Below, one piece after another: positions 24,584 to 35,406 of a DNA stretch of 64,000 nucleotides (the stretch's first letter is position 1; the number at the start of each line of letters is the position of its first letter). Below the pieces are notes generated by a model, which was given only the letters and a program-made list of their open reading frames with translations, was not told the DNA's origin and ran no database searches. This stretch comes from Mobula hypostoma. Its lineage: Eukaryota. The stretch is from positions 27,344,001 through 27,408,000 of the forward strand of contig NC_086108.1 of NCBI RefSeq assembly GCF_963921235.1, in the 5' to 3' direction. The position numbers and the translations under genes are program-made.

Positions 24584-25108
24584 TAGGCCTTGGAGAAATG
24601 GAGATTATAGAGAGCATTATAGAGTTAGGGTGTATAGCAAATATTAAGTTCAACAACAGCCATTCTTCAGATTTGAATGTAAATTGCAGAGTGAACTTAA
24701 AAAGCAACTCAGAACAATAGGTTTCCTGGGGCTGCAGGTTGGGGTCAATCACATACAAAGGAACACTCCATTTAGAACCTCAGATACCTGCATATGCATG
24801 AATGCAATCTAGAGTCCATGGGGATTAATATTCATTTTGAGTGTTTTGAGTACGGGGGTACAAAGAAAGAGCTGATGAAAACTGTATGTGATTCAAAGGA
24901 AACATAGCAGATACATTGTAACTGTAGAGTTGTCCTGCTGTTACCTTTAGGCTTTAGCATATAACAATGTCATGTAATATTTTGTTGAGCAGCCCTCTTC
25001 TTCCAAGAGGGCCTTGATATGACACCTGTTGCTCATTTTTTTGAATAAAACACTTCTATATCCACTAACTTCAGTATCTTTCTAGAGACTTGGTTCACAA
25101 TTACAACA
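24584..25108 (+). repeat. ERV 5' LTR (5'-truncated)
   Basis: About 24600-24830 aligns with about 33825-34032. AATAAA at 25044-25049. Ends in ...TTACAACA two bases before the PBS. Confidence 0.7.
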
Positions 25109-25110
25109 TT

Positions 25111-25128
25111 TGGGAGCTCATCCGGGAT
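25111..25128 (+). promoter_or_regulatory. Retroviral primer-binding site, tRNA-Pro type
   Basis: TGGGAGCTCATCCGGGAT matches the canonical PBS-Pro TGGGGGCTCGTCCGGGAT at 16/18 positions and lies right after the LTR-terminal CA. Confidence 0.85.
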
Positions 25129-25442
25129 ATATTCACATTCCACCGTGCGGCCAGTGATCTCCAAAGTCTGTGAATGAGTATTTTTTTAACAGATTAGTAC
25201 TTACACTTTGATCTACTCCAGTCAGTGACTATGGGGTCACAAAGCATCACGAACATGGCGGAGAGCTGAACTAGTAGATATAAAAGTAGTGTGGGGTGAG
25301 GGGGCGTCACGTGATGATGTGGGATTGAGACGTGTAAATCCAGCTCTCCCGCAACAAATCAGCAAAGTACCGTTTAAACAAAACAAAGTTAATAAATATT
25401 TTCTGAAAACTATTTATAAACTTTGCAAGACTACTTTATGAT

Positions 25443-26546
25443 ATGCCTCCTAAACTGCAAGAAAAGAAGTCTGCTGTTGCGAAGCAGCCACGAGAGGGGA
25501 AGAAAAAAGGGCCTACTGCAACAATGGAGCCTCGGACTCAGGTTGGATCTCCTTCGGTAGAACAGGGAGCAATGGCGGTGGTAGCAGTTTCTCCGAAGAA
25601 GATGCCGGAAATGCGCATGCGCAGATCGATACAATTCAAACTACAAGAACCGACAGCCACTGCAGTTGAAAATGACTCAGAGTCAGAAATGGATTCTGCA
25701 AAGAACACAGATGAAGAAGAGGAGGAAGAACTGGAAGCGATTGGAAGTAAAGAAGATGATAGAGACATAAGAGAGGCTATATTGCAATTAACGGCTGAAC
25801 TAAGAAAAGTAAGAGAAGAGCTTAGAGATACGAAGATGTGCTATAATAAAGTTATGGAAAGACGGGACAAAATGGATAAGAAGCTTCAGGAGATGGAAAG
25901 ATCAATGGGGCATATGAATGATAGAGTGGAAAAAACAGAAAATGATCTGCTTGTCTGGAACTCGGAAAGAAATCGACTCTTGGAGAAAGTGGACATGTTG
26001 GAAAATTTCAGTAGACGTAATAATATTGAAATTGTTGGTCTTAAAGAAGGTACCGAGGGAGAAAAACCAATAGAATTTTTTCAAAGATGGATCCCGGAAG
26101 TTTTGCAAATGGGAGAGGAGGTTCGACCAATTGAAATTGAACGGGCATATAGAGCTCTAGGACCAAAACCAAAAGATGACCAATATCCACAATCGATTTT
26201 AATAAAATTCTTAAGATTTCAAGACAAGGAAAGGATTCTACAAGCAGCTGCTCGAGCTGCCAAGGATAGAAAAGGGCCATTGATGATTCAAGGGAACAAA
26301 GTTTTTTTCTACCCTGATATAAGTTATGAATTTTTGAAGAGAAGGATGAAATTTAATCCAGTGAAAAAAACCCTATGGGATCACGGTTATCAATTTATAT
26401 TGCGTTATCCTGCAACCTTGAAGACTTCTTTGCCTGGTGGAGAAAAAAGATTTTTTGATGATTACCAGAAAGCGGAGCAGTTTGTGCGAGATTCTCTGAA
26501 TATTCACCAGATACAAGAACAAATCCAGGGGAGCGAGATAGATTGA
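25443..26546 (+). CDS. L1 ORF1p (coiled coil, RRM and CTD; Transposase_22-like), open reading frame intact
   Basis: 367-aa ORF with a heptad-rich region followed by LENFSRRNNIEIVGLKEG, IERAYR, IKFLRFQDKERIL, FYPDIS and YPATL. Confidence 0.88.
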   Translation: MPPKLQEKKSAVAKQPREGKKKGPTATMEPRTQVGSPSVEQGAMAVVAVSPKKMPEMRMRRSIQFKLQEPTATAVENDSESEMDSAKNTDEEEEEELEAIGSKEDDRDIREAILQLTAELRKVREELRDTKMCYNKVMERRDKMDKKLQEMERSMGHMNDRVEKTENDLLVWNSERNRLLEKVDMLENFSRRNNIEIVGLKEGTEGEKPIEFFQRWIPEVLQMGEEVRPIEIERAYRALGPKPKDDQYPQSILIKFLRFQDKERILQAAARAAKDRKGPLMIQGNKVFFYPDISYEFLKRRMKFNPVKKTLWDHGYQFILRYPATLKTSLPGGEKRFFDDYQKAEQFVRDSLNIHQIQEQIQGSEID

Positions 26547-27003
26547 AGATGAAGATTGGGCCAAAGAATGGACTTGTTGGATTTTTGAAGCTGGATGAAT
26601 GTATAAATATATTATTAATTATACGAGGGGGCTAAGAAAGTTTAAAATTGGAGGAATATTAGTTGGGAATAGTAACACTAATTTTGTCTATATATATATA
26701 ATATTTTTTGTTGCGGGGGAGATGGAAGAAGCACTGACCAATTGCTACGCTAATCATGTGTGCAAGCGTGGCTTTTGCCACGACCCGTAAAATGGAGCGG
26801 GGTAGTGTTGTGTATCTTTTCATTCACAACATTAGTGGGGGGGGTATTTTGTTTTTTCTTTTTTTGTATTCTTTCTATTTTTTTTTCTTTTTGCCTGGAA
26901 GGTTGGGAGGGAAACACATAGCAACATGGTGAAGTTTAAAGAAGAACTATGAGAGTTGAGAAGATAAGTAATGTTTTAGATTGCAGCAACTTTGTTAAGA
27001 ATA

Positions 27004-30000
27004 ATGACTAATTTATTGAATTTTTTGAGTTTTAATGTTAATGGGCTTAATGGACCAGTGAAAAGAAAAAGAATCTTAACACATATTAAAAAAATGAAGA
27101 TAGATTTAGCTTTTTTACAGGAAACGCACCTAACAGAAATAGAACATCAGAAACTAAAGAGAGATTGGGTGGATAGTGTTGTTGTGGCTTCATTTAATTC
27201 AAAAGCGAGGGGAGTAGCAATTTTGATCAATAAAACGTTACCAATTAGAATACAAAATGTAATAACTGATTCTGCGGGGAGATATGTGATTATACATTGT
27301 CAACTTTTTTCTGAACTATGGACTTTTATGAATATTTATGCACCAAACGAAAATGATGCAAAATTCACACAAGAAGCTTTTTTGAATTTGGCGGATGCAC
27401 ATGAAAACATATTAATTGGAGGAGACTTTAATTTTTGCTTAGACCCAGTCTTAGATAGATCAACCAAGGCTGTTATAAAATCGAAGGTAGTAAATTTAAC
27501 TCTATCATTGATGAAAGATTTAAATTTGATTGATATATGGAGAAGAATCAATCCTAAAGAAAGAGACTATTCGTTCTATTCCCATAGACATAAAACTTAC
27601 TCAAGGATAGATTTTTTTCTATTATCAAAGCATATGCAACACAGAGTGAAAAATATGGAATATAAAGCAAGAATATTATCACATCATTCTCCTTTATTAA
27701 TGACAATAATAATGGCTGATAAGGAAGAAGTGGCTTATAGATGGAGATTTAATTCAACATTATTAAAACGTCAAGATTTTTGTGATTTTATGAAAAAGCA
27801 GATTCAATTTTTTTTGGATACAAATTTTCATTCAGTGGATGATAAATTTATATTATGGGATGAGATGAAAGCATATCTTAGGGGCCAGATAATAAGTTAT
27901 ACGTCTAAAATTAAGAAAGCATATATGGCAGAACTGGATCAACTGGAAAAAGACATTACAAAAATAGAAAAAGAATCTCAAAGATATATGTCAGAAGAAA
28001 AACGAAGGCAACTTGTCAATAAGAAGTTACAATATAATATGCTTCAGACATATAGAATGGAAAAAGCAATTATAAGAACTAAACAAAGGTATTATGAGTT
28101 AGGTGAGAGAGCACATAAAATTCTTGCCTGGCAGTTGAAAACAGAACAAGCTTCCAAAACAATAAATGCAATTAGAACAAGGGCAAATAAAATATCTTAT
28201 AAAGCTCTTGAAATAAATGAAACCTTTAAAAATTTCTATTCTGAATTATATCAATCAGAATCCCAAAATGATTTTAATGAGATAGAAAGGTTTTTATCAC
28301 AAATATCTCTTCCAAAATTGAATTTGGAAGAACAGAAGGGATTAGATATGACTTTTACATTAAAAGAAGTTGAAGAAGCTTTAGGATCACTCCAAAGTAA
28401 TAAATCTCCAGGAGAAGATGGTTTTCCACCTGAATTTTATAAAAAATTTAAAGATTTATTATTTCCTCTATTTATGGAACTAATACGTCAAGCAGAAAAA
28501 ATACATAAACTTCCAGAATCTTTTTCAACAGCGATTATAATAGTATTGCCAAAAAAGACAGAGATCCTATGAAACCAACATCATACAGGCCTATTTCTTT
28601 ATTGAATACGGATTATAAAACAACAGCAAAAATTTTATCGAATAGATTATCTAAATATTTACCAAAATTAATACATATGGATCAAACAGGATTTATTAAA
28701 AATAGATAATTGGCAGATAATGTAACCCGGCTACTCAGTATAATTCATTTGGCACAAAAAAGGGACAAGAAGAGTATAGTAGTAGCCTTGGATGCAGAAA
28801 AAGCATTTGATAGATTAGAATGGGATTTTTTATTTAAAGTATTAGAAAAATATGGGTTAGGAACATCTTTTATAAATTGGATTAAAACTTTAAATTCTAA
28901 CCCTAAGGCTAATGTAGTGACAAACTCTCAAATTTCAACACCATTCCAGTTAAAAAGGTCAACTAGACAAGGTTGTCCATTATCACCTGCTTTATTTGTA
29001 CTGGTGATAGAGCCATTAGCAGAACTAATCAGAATTGATCCAGATATTATGGGTTTTAGAGTTAATCAGGAGGAATATAAAATTAATCTTTTTGTCGATG
29101 ATGTTTTGATTTACTTAACAAACCCACAACATTCGTTACATAAATTATCTTCTAGATTGGATGAATATGGGAAGGTATCAGGTTACAAAATAAGTTGGGA
29201 TAAAAGTGAAATTTTACCTCTTACTAAAGGAGACTATAGTCAATGTCAATTAGTAACCCAATTTAGATGGCCGGTAAATGGTATAAAGTATTTAGGTATA
29301 AGACTTGATAATGATGTAAAGAATTTATATAAATTTAATTATTTACCACTATTGAAAAAAATTCAAGAAGATTTTGACAAATGGATGATACTATCAATAA
29401 CATTAGCAGGTAGAGTCAATGTTGTAAAAATGAATATATTTCCTAGATTACAGTATTTGTTTCAAACATTACCAATACAATTGCCACAGAAATTTTTTCA
29501 AGAGTTAAATAAATGTGTGAGAAAATTCCTTTGGAAAGGTAAAATGTCAAGAATATCATTGGAAAAATTGACATGTAAATTTGGGTTAGGAGGGCTACAA
29601 CTTCCAAACTTTAAAAACTATTATAAAGCAAATCAACTTAGATTTATTGCATCTTTCTTCGATGATCGAAAACCAGCATGGATTAAAATAGAACTAGACA
29701 AGATAGGAGAAAATAGACCTGAAGATTTTATATATAAATGGGAATCTAAACGGATACGGGAAAAGAAAGAATCTCCTATATTAACACATTTGATTGATCT
29801 ATGGAATAAGATAAATGTTGATAATGAAACACAGAAATCTCTATTAGCAAGGAGACCTTAGTTCTAAAACAGACTTATTCCTTTTACAATGGACAATCAA
29901 CTTTTATATAATTGGTACCAAAAAGGGATTAAATTTATAGGAGATTGTTTTGAACGAGGTATATTGATGTCATCTGAACAATTAAAGGATAAATATAAAA

Positions 30001-30779
30001 TATCAAATAATACTTTTTTTTGTTACTTTCAATTAAGGGCTTACTTAAAAGGTAAGCTGGGTCAATCAATGTTTTTGCCAAAACCTAATGAAATTGAAAT
30101 TTTAATTCAAAAAGGGAAAATTAAAAAATTTATTTCTTGTATGCATAATTTGATTCAAGAACAGACAATTAAACAAGGAACCCATAAGTCAAAGCAAAAA
30201 TGGGAAACAGATCTGAATATTAATATTGATGAAACAAATTGGTCAAGACTTTGACTTGACAGTATGACAAATACAATAAATGTTCGACTTAGATTAGTAC
30301 AATATAATTTTTTACACCAATTATATATTACACCACAAAAAATAAATAGATTAAATTCAAATCTATCCGATAAATGCTTTCGGTGTAATCAAGAAATTGG
30401 TACATTTTTACATTCTACTTGGTCTTGTTTTAAAATTCAACCCTTTTGGATAAATTTATGAGTCTTATTGGAACAAATTACTGGAACTCAACTTCCACAT
30501 AACCCTGTATTATTTCTATTAGGTGATATTGAAGGGATAAAGCCGAAACTTAAATTGAATAAATATCAGAAAGATTTTATAAAAATTGCATTAGCAGTAG
30601 CTAAGAAGACTATAGCAGTTACTTGGAAATCTGATTCGTGTTTAAGTATGGATCGTTGGAATAATGAAATGGCTAGTTCTATTCCACTCGAAAAAATTAC
30701 TTATAATTTAAGAGATAAATATGTAACATTTTTGAATATTTGGCACCCTTATTTACAAAAGATAGGATGGCATATTTAA
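27004..30779 (+). pseudogene. L1 ORF2p (APE endonuclease, RT, CCHC), disrupted
   Basis: SFNVNGL, LQETH, GGDFN, SRIDF, KSPGEDG, LDAEKAFDR, TRQGCPLSP, FVDD, KYLG and CFRC...H...SC. Frameshift in the A-run near 28551; stops near 29859, 30252 and 30459. Confidence 0.92.
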
Positions 30780-31036
30780 GTGCTCCGATAAAGATCTTGG
30801 TCCCTTGGGGAAAGTAACAAATAATTATACCAAATTTATTTTGAATCCCATGGAGCATGTGGAAACCTTCCAATACCCAGGCGGCTCTTCTTTTTTTTTC
30901 TCTTCTTTCTTTTTAGGTAGGACTATATATGGGGGTGGGGGGGGAGGGTTAAGGGGAGGGGGGAGGGTAGATTTTATCTTTTCATGTATTCTTTTTGAAA
31001 ACTCAAAAAAAATTATATTACAAAAAAAAGTAGTGT

Positions 31037-31037
<1 letters not shown>

Positions 31038-31080
<43 letters not shown>

Positions 31081-31083
31081 TGT
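31038..31083. repeat. (TG)n microsatellite
   Basis: Read directly from the sequence; begins within the 3' L1 TSD. Confidence 0.95.
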
Positions 31084-31457
31084 TTATGTAAGAGACTATA
31101 GATTCTTGTGTTAATTTGGTTAGTTGGGACCACTAGTTGCAAGGGTGGTTACTGACTGTTCAGGACACCAGTGGAATTCATGTATACTTGTTGAGGAACT
31201 ATATAGTAGCAGAAGTCTTTATGAGTGTGTTTGTATGTTTTAAGAATAAGTCAGTAGCCTTGGTGTAACAGTTTTAAATGCAAAGGAATATAACAGGCCA
31301 TTATAATTTCAGATGTACATATGTTGCAGGTTTGCAGGTTACATGTTCTGCGGTTCTAAGTATGTACTGTTTAATTTTTATCCGATATGTATATTTTGCA
31401 TAATGTGGAAATTAGTGTGTAGATATTTGAGGGAGAGGTTATACCTGGATATATCTG

Positions 31458-32400
31458 TTGGTATGGCATCAATTGAGATCAGGCAAGGTCAGGTCAAGCC
31501 AGTCCTTGACCCTGATTACAACCATCCATGAGCCCTTCACCACCGGCGAGAAGCAAAGCATTTTGTCAGAGTTGCCCTTATTTAAGGTTGCCTGTAGGAA
31601 TGTAGAATTCTGGAGCAAACTCAATGAGATGACTGAAATTCACCAGATGCACCCTAATGTTGATAAAAGCAAATTGCATGAGGAATAAGTGGGACAGTAC
31701 GGCCTGGGGATGCTGGATGGTACATGGGCAGCTACTGAGAATGCCAGCAATGAAGAGAGATAACACTTCTTTAAGGGGGAAATGAGGCAGTGGCTGGGGG
31801 AGGCAGGGAGTGAGAGTGTCTGGGGAATGGTAATGTCTTTGGTTTAGAGACATGATGAACCTGCCATGGATTATGCAGAACGTAAATGTCGAGCGTATGA
31901 GGAGTATTCAGGTTTGGATAATCCAGGATGGGATGACCCAGTCTCCCTGAAAGTGCTGAAGGAAGGCCTGAGCTCAGCCCACCAGGAGGGTTTAGATCTG
32001 GGGTTACCAGTGGGATTGACCTACACCATGATAGTATCATGGGCTGATGAGATAGACCAGAGGAGAGGAAAGTGATTTTGTAAAATGACTGTAATGAATT
32101 TAGCTGCTGTGACATCACAGAGAGCTTGTTTCATGTGCCAGTAGCTGGGTCGGAGCAAGGAATTGCTGGAATAGACGTGGTATGGTAAAGGAGATGATTT
32201 GTTACAGTTGCAGGTTCTCAGGCCAAAGTTGGAGGCATTGTCCTGAAAAGAGAGTGAAGTTTGAGAATCACTCAGTAAAACGGGCAGAATCCACAGCATC
32301 ACCCTTTCTTTCCAATTTGACTGCTGACCAGATTATAGAGCTGGTGAGGTCAGACAAACAGCTGACAGCAGCCTTATTGCCAGTGGTGCTCATCCATGGA
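31458..32400 (+). pseudogene. gag: ERV gag relic (capsid plus two degenerate Zn knuckles)
   Basis: HEPFTTGEKQSILSELP (capsid N-terminus-like); DEPAMDYAERKCRAYEEYSG...LKEGL (major homology region-like); CFMC...C near 32126 and CYSCRFSGQSWRHC near 32199. Confidence 0.7.
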
Positions 32401-32700
32401 TGTACACAAGAGGTTTATTAGGAGGCCAGCAAGGTGAAATGTTAGTGGAAACAGGGTGGATACTAATCTACCCTTGCCCACGACTGCAGAGACAATTTAC
32501 ATTACCAGTGCAGGAGGTGAAACAATAAGGGAGGAGAGAAGTCAGCCTCAGGTACTTGAGATTGAGGGAGTGCAGCTTCCTGTAGATTTTTGGGTGCACC
32601 CAAACAATGAAGGTACTATCTGGGGGATAGACACACTCACAAAGACAGGTGTTATCAGAAATTCAGGATAAGAAGAAATAACATGGACAATCCAGGGACA
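32400..32700 (+). pseudogene. pro: Retroviral aspartic protease relic
   Basis: GEMLVETG (a decayed L-V-D-T-G), flap-like ITSAGG and C-terminal TIWGIDTL. Confidence 0.7.
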
Positions 32701-32814
32701 ACAAACATGTGTAACCAGCAAATCAGCCAACATGGCCCACAGAGCGACAGCAGCACGAAGCAGGTGGGGAAGACAGGGCAATGTGTGGGAATCTAGTCAG
32801 GAAGTCCCAAGGGG

Positions 32815-33000
32815 AGAGACTAAGCACAGTCAGGACCTGTTAGAAGTAGAGCAGCTGCCGGTGGAGGTCACTGTGATTAAAGTAAAGGTTCACCAGAAAG
32901 GGGATACTTAGGAACAGGAAGGGAACGAGTGGGCAACCATTAGTACAAGCAGGGCAGCAGAAGAACAAGCAACAAGAATTACAAGTGTACAGGAAGAAAC
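32815..33000 (+). pseudogene. Retroviral RNase H C-terminal relic
   Basis: QDLLEVEQLPVEVTVIKVKVHQKGDT*EQEGNEWA...AA fits the retroviral RNase H pattern LL.A..LP..VAVI..K.H......GN..AD..AK.AA. Confidence 0.7.
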
Positions 33001-33119
33001 TAGAATTGCTTAATTAGTAAGATTACATGGAGACATGAAGGACCACTGTAATCAGGGTAAAACCTTGAGGGATCGAACAAAGCAGCAGCAACATATTTTG
33101 GGTCAAAGAGAACCAGAGG

Positions 33120-33285
33120 GAGAGAAGATAGTCCTCCACAGCCAGGTGACCAAGTCATGGTAGGGGAGCCGGCTGAAAATCCAGGTTTCATTGCAAGATG
33201 GATACGACCTCAAATGGTACTTTTGACAATGACACGTGTTTGTGTGCAGACTCAGCAAGGTAGCCAGTGGAAACACATGACTCAG
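33120..33285 (+). pseudogene. Retroviral integrase C-terminal (GPY/F-type) relic
   Basis: PQPGDQVMV...ARWIRPQMVLLT...WKHMTQ matches the PGD.V.V...RW.GP..VLLT...W.H pattern. Confidence 0.7.
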
Positions 33286-33429
33286 GATACACTAGTGAAG
33301 TTTAAGAGACTACTAGACAGGTATATGGAGGAATTTAAGGTGGGGGCTTATATGGGGGGCAGGGTTTAAGGGTTGGCACAACATTGTGGGCCGAAGGGCC
33401 TGTACTGTGCTGTACTGTTCTATGTTCTA
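33286..33429 (+). mobile_element. Short CR1 3' tail inserted in the ERV
   Basis: FKRLLDRYMEE followed by GGGCCGAAGGGCCTGTACTGTGCTGTACTGTTCTATGTTCTA; flanked by GACTCAG and GACTGAG. Confidence 0.75.
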
Positions 33430-33690
33430 GACTGAGAGTAAGCCATGAGTAAGCATGTTAATGTATAATGGAAACTGTACTCTCTAATGAAGGCTGGTTG
33501 CTGAAGGCAGATGATTAGTTGTATAGCTCAGAATAGAAAAATATTTTGGGAAAATAGATGGGAAGGGACCCAAGTTACAGTAGAGACATCAGATTCCACA
33601 ACTTCATTGGTACAGCAGACCGAGAAAGAAAATAAATTACACACAGTTGGGCCCTTTCAGAGTTTGGGCCAGTTATCAACTAGACAGTTC

Positions 33691-34032
33691 AAAAGGGGTT
33701 GCAACCAGGTTGACATCCTTGCAATCACTCCAAACTTTCCTGCACATTGATGAGAGCGTTTGAGCGACTCAAAGTTTGACCTTTTCTGGAACAAATTTAT
33801 TTTTGTCCAGTAAGGCCAAGAGCAGGGATTTATAGATTATATTCTGGAGTTAGGGTACACAGCGAATTTTAAGTTCAACAACATCTATTCTTTTGATTTC
33901 AATGTGAATTGCAGATTGAATTTAAATCACAGCTCATGTTGGGGTCAATCTCAAACAAAGAAACACTCCACTTAGACCTCAGATACCTGCATATGTGTGA
34001 ATGTGTGGTCTAAGGTCAGTAGGGATTAACAT
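33691..34032 (+). repeat. ERV PPT-like tract and 3' LTR (3'-truncated)
   Basis: AAAAGGGG (33691-33698) overlaps GTTGCAA, a 6/7 match to the reverse complement of the 5' LTR end TTACAAC. Downstream sequence is homologous to the 5' LTR. Confidence 0.6.
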
Positions 34033-34804
34033 GAAAATGGATGGGAAAAAGCTTTAGTGGGATTCAGGCCAAATAATGGCAAATGGGGCTAGATAATATG
34101 GTCTTAGTCAATATGGACTAGCTGGTCATAATTTATGATTCTCTGCTGTATGAATCTATGATCCTATGACAGCTCTGTTCCTCAATGCTCAGACCTGGGT
34201 GATGAATAAGATTTAAAATGCCTTACTGGATATTTCATATTGACTACAATTCACTGATTGCTTCTCAGTTATCTTTTACAAAATTATATATATTTTTTAG
34301 GATCTTTATCACCTACAGCCAGTAATATTGCCCAGATGGAAGTAGTAAACTTTAGGTGATGGTAACCCTATTCTGTTATTCAGCTATAGAGCTCCAGGAT
34401 TTAGACCCAGCAACCACAAAGAATTAGAAATAGATTTCTGCATCTGGGTTGTTGGTGACTTGGAGAAGAACTTTTGGGTGGTGGAGTTCCTGTGTACCTC
34501 CTTGTTGATAGGGGCTGCTGGTTTCAGAGAAACTGCTGGAATGGCCTGTATAAGGAATGGAATATGTTGAAGATAGCACATGCTATAACTGGTTAAGGGA
34601 ATGAATATTCGAATATTTGGCATGCAGGATTTGGTATCAAGCAAGCAGACTGCTTTCATCCATATAGTGTCAGAATTCTTGATAATTATTGGTGCAATAT
34701 TCATGCAAGCAATGACACGTAAGAACGCAAGACAATAAGAGCAGGATTAGGTCATCAGCCCCTCAAACCTACCCCACTATTAAATATTATCACAGCTGAT
34801 CATA

Positions 34805-35406
34805 CAGTACTATGTAAAAGTCTCAGGTGCATACATGCACGGATACACGTTCTATATGTTTATGTGTATAGCTAGGGTGCCTAAGGCTTCTGTATTTATC
34901 AAAGTGGAGAGGAAAGTGAGTTTGTAAATTTGGTGGGAGCAAAAGATGTTGTAAATGGTGAGGGTGGAGCACCGCAGGAGGGGTCTAGGACAAGTGGCAG
35001 AGAAGAAGTGCCAGAGACATGGGAGGGGAGTAATGCAGTTGCAGACACACCTAACTCTGAGACATCAGGCAAGATCATTTGATTCCAAACAATTAGTTTA
35101 TTGATCTTACAGAATGTCTCTCCAGTGTTTCCTGCTCCCACCCCTCTCCCTTCCCCTTTTCCCAACAATCATTCCCGTCTCCCTTCCTCTTTTCCCAACA
35201 ATCATTCCCCTCTCCCTATCCCCTTTCATTCTCAGTACACAATGGAGACCCATAACTGAATCAGGTTTATCATCACTCACATGTCACGAAATTTGTGTTT
35301 TTTTGTGGCAGAGGTACAATGTAATACATAAAGTTATGACAGTACTGTGCAAAAATCTTAGGCACCCTACCTATATATATGTGCCTAAGACTTTCGCATG
35401 TTACTG
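34805..35406. mobile_element. Tc1/mariner-type MITE with TA TSD
   Basis: TA|CAGTACTATGTAAAAGTCTCAGG ... GTGCCTAAGACTTTCGCATGTTACTG|TA; non-coding. Confidence 0.7.

Larger units (their letters stand above)
25299..31025 (+). mobile_element. Full-length L1-clade LINE with target-site duplication
   Basis: ORF1 plus ORF2 and an A-rich 3' end. TSD AAAAGTAGTGTGG(G/T)GTG at 25282-25298 and 31026-31042; T/AAAA-type target. Confidence 0.92.
24584..34032 (+). mobile_element. Degenerate class I-like endogenous retrovirus (LTR, PBS, gag, pro, RNase H C-terminus, IN C-terminus, PPT, LTR), interrupted by L1 and a CR1 tail
   Basis: Two homologous LTR segments, a tRNA-Pro PBS, and capsid/MHR, Zn-knuckle, protease, RNase H and integrase C-terminal motifs in retroviral order. 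Confidence 0.8.

Noticed and set aside
25111..25128. G>A changes in the PBS as APOBEC hypermutation
   Set aside because: There are only two sites, and one is explained by CpG decay. Insufficient evidence.
33440..33750. ORF 33511-33750 as env or an accessory gene
   Set aside because: It is short, shows no signal peptide, furin site, CX6CC or transmembrane segment, and overlaps the inferred PPT/LTR start.
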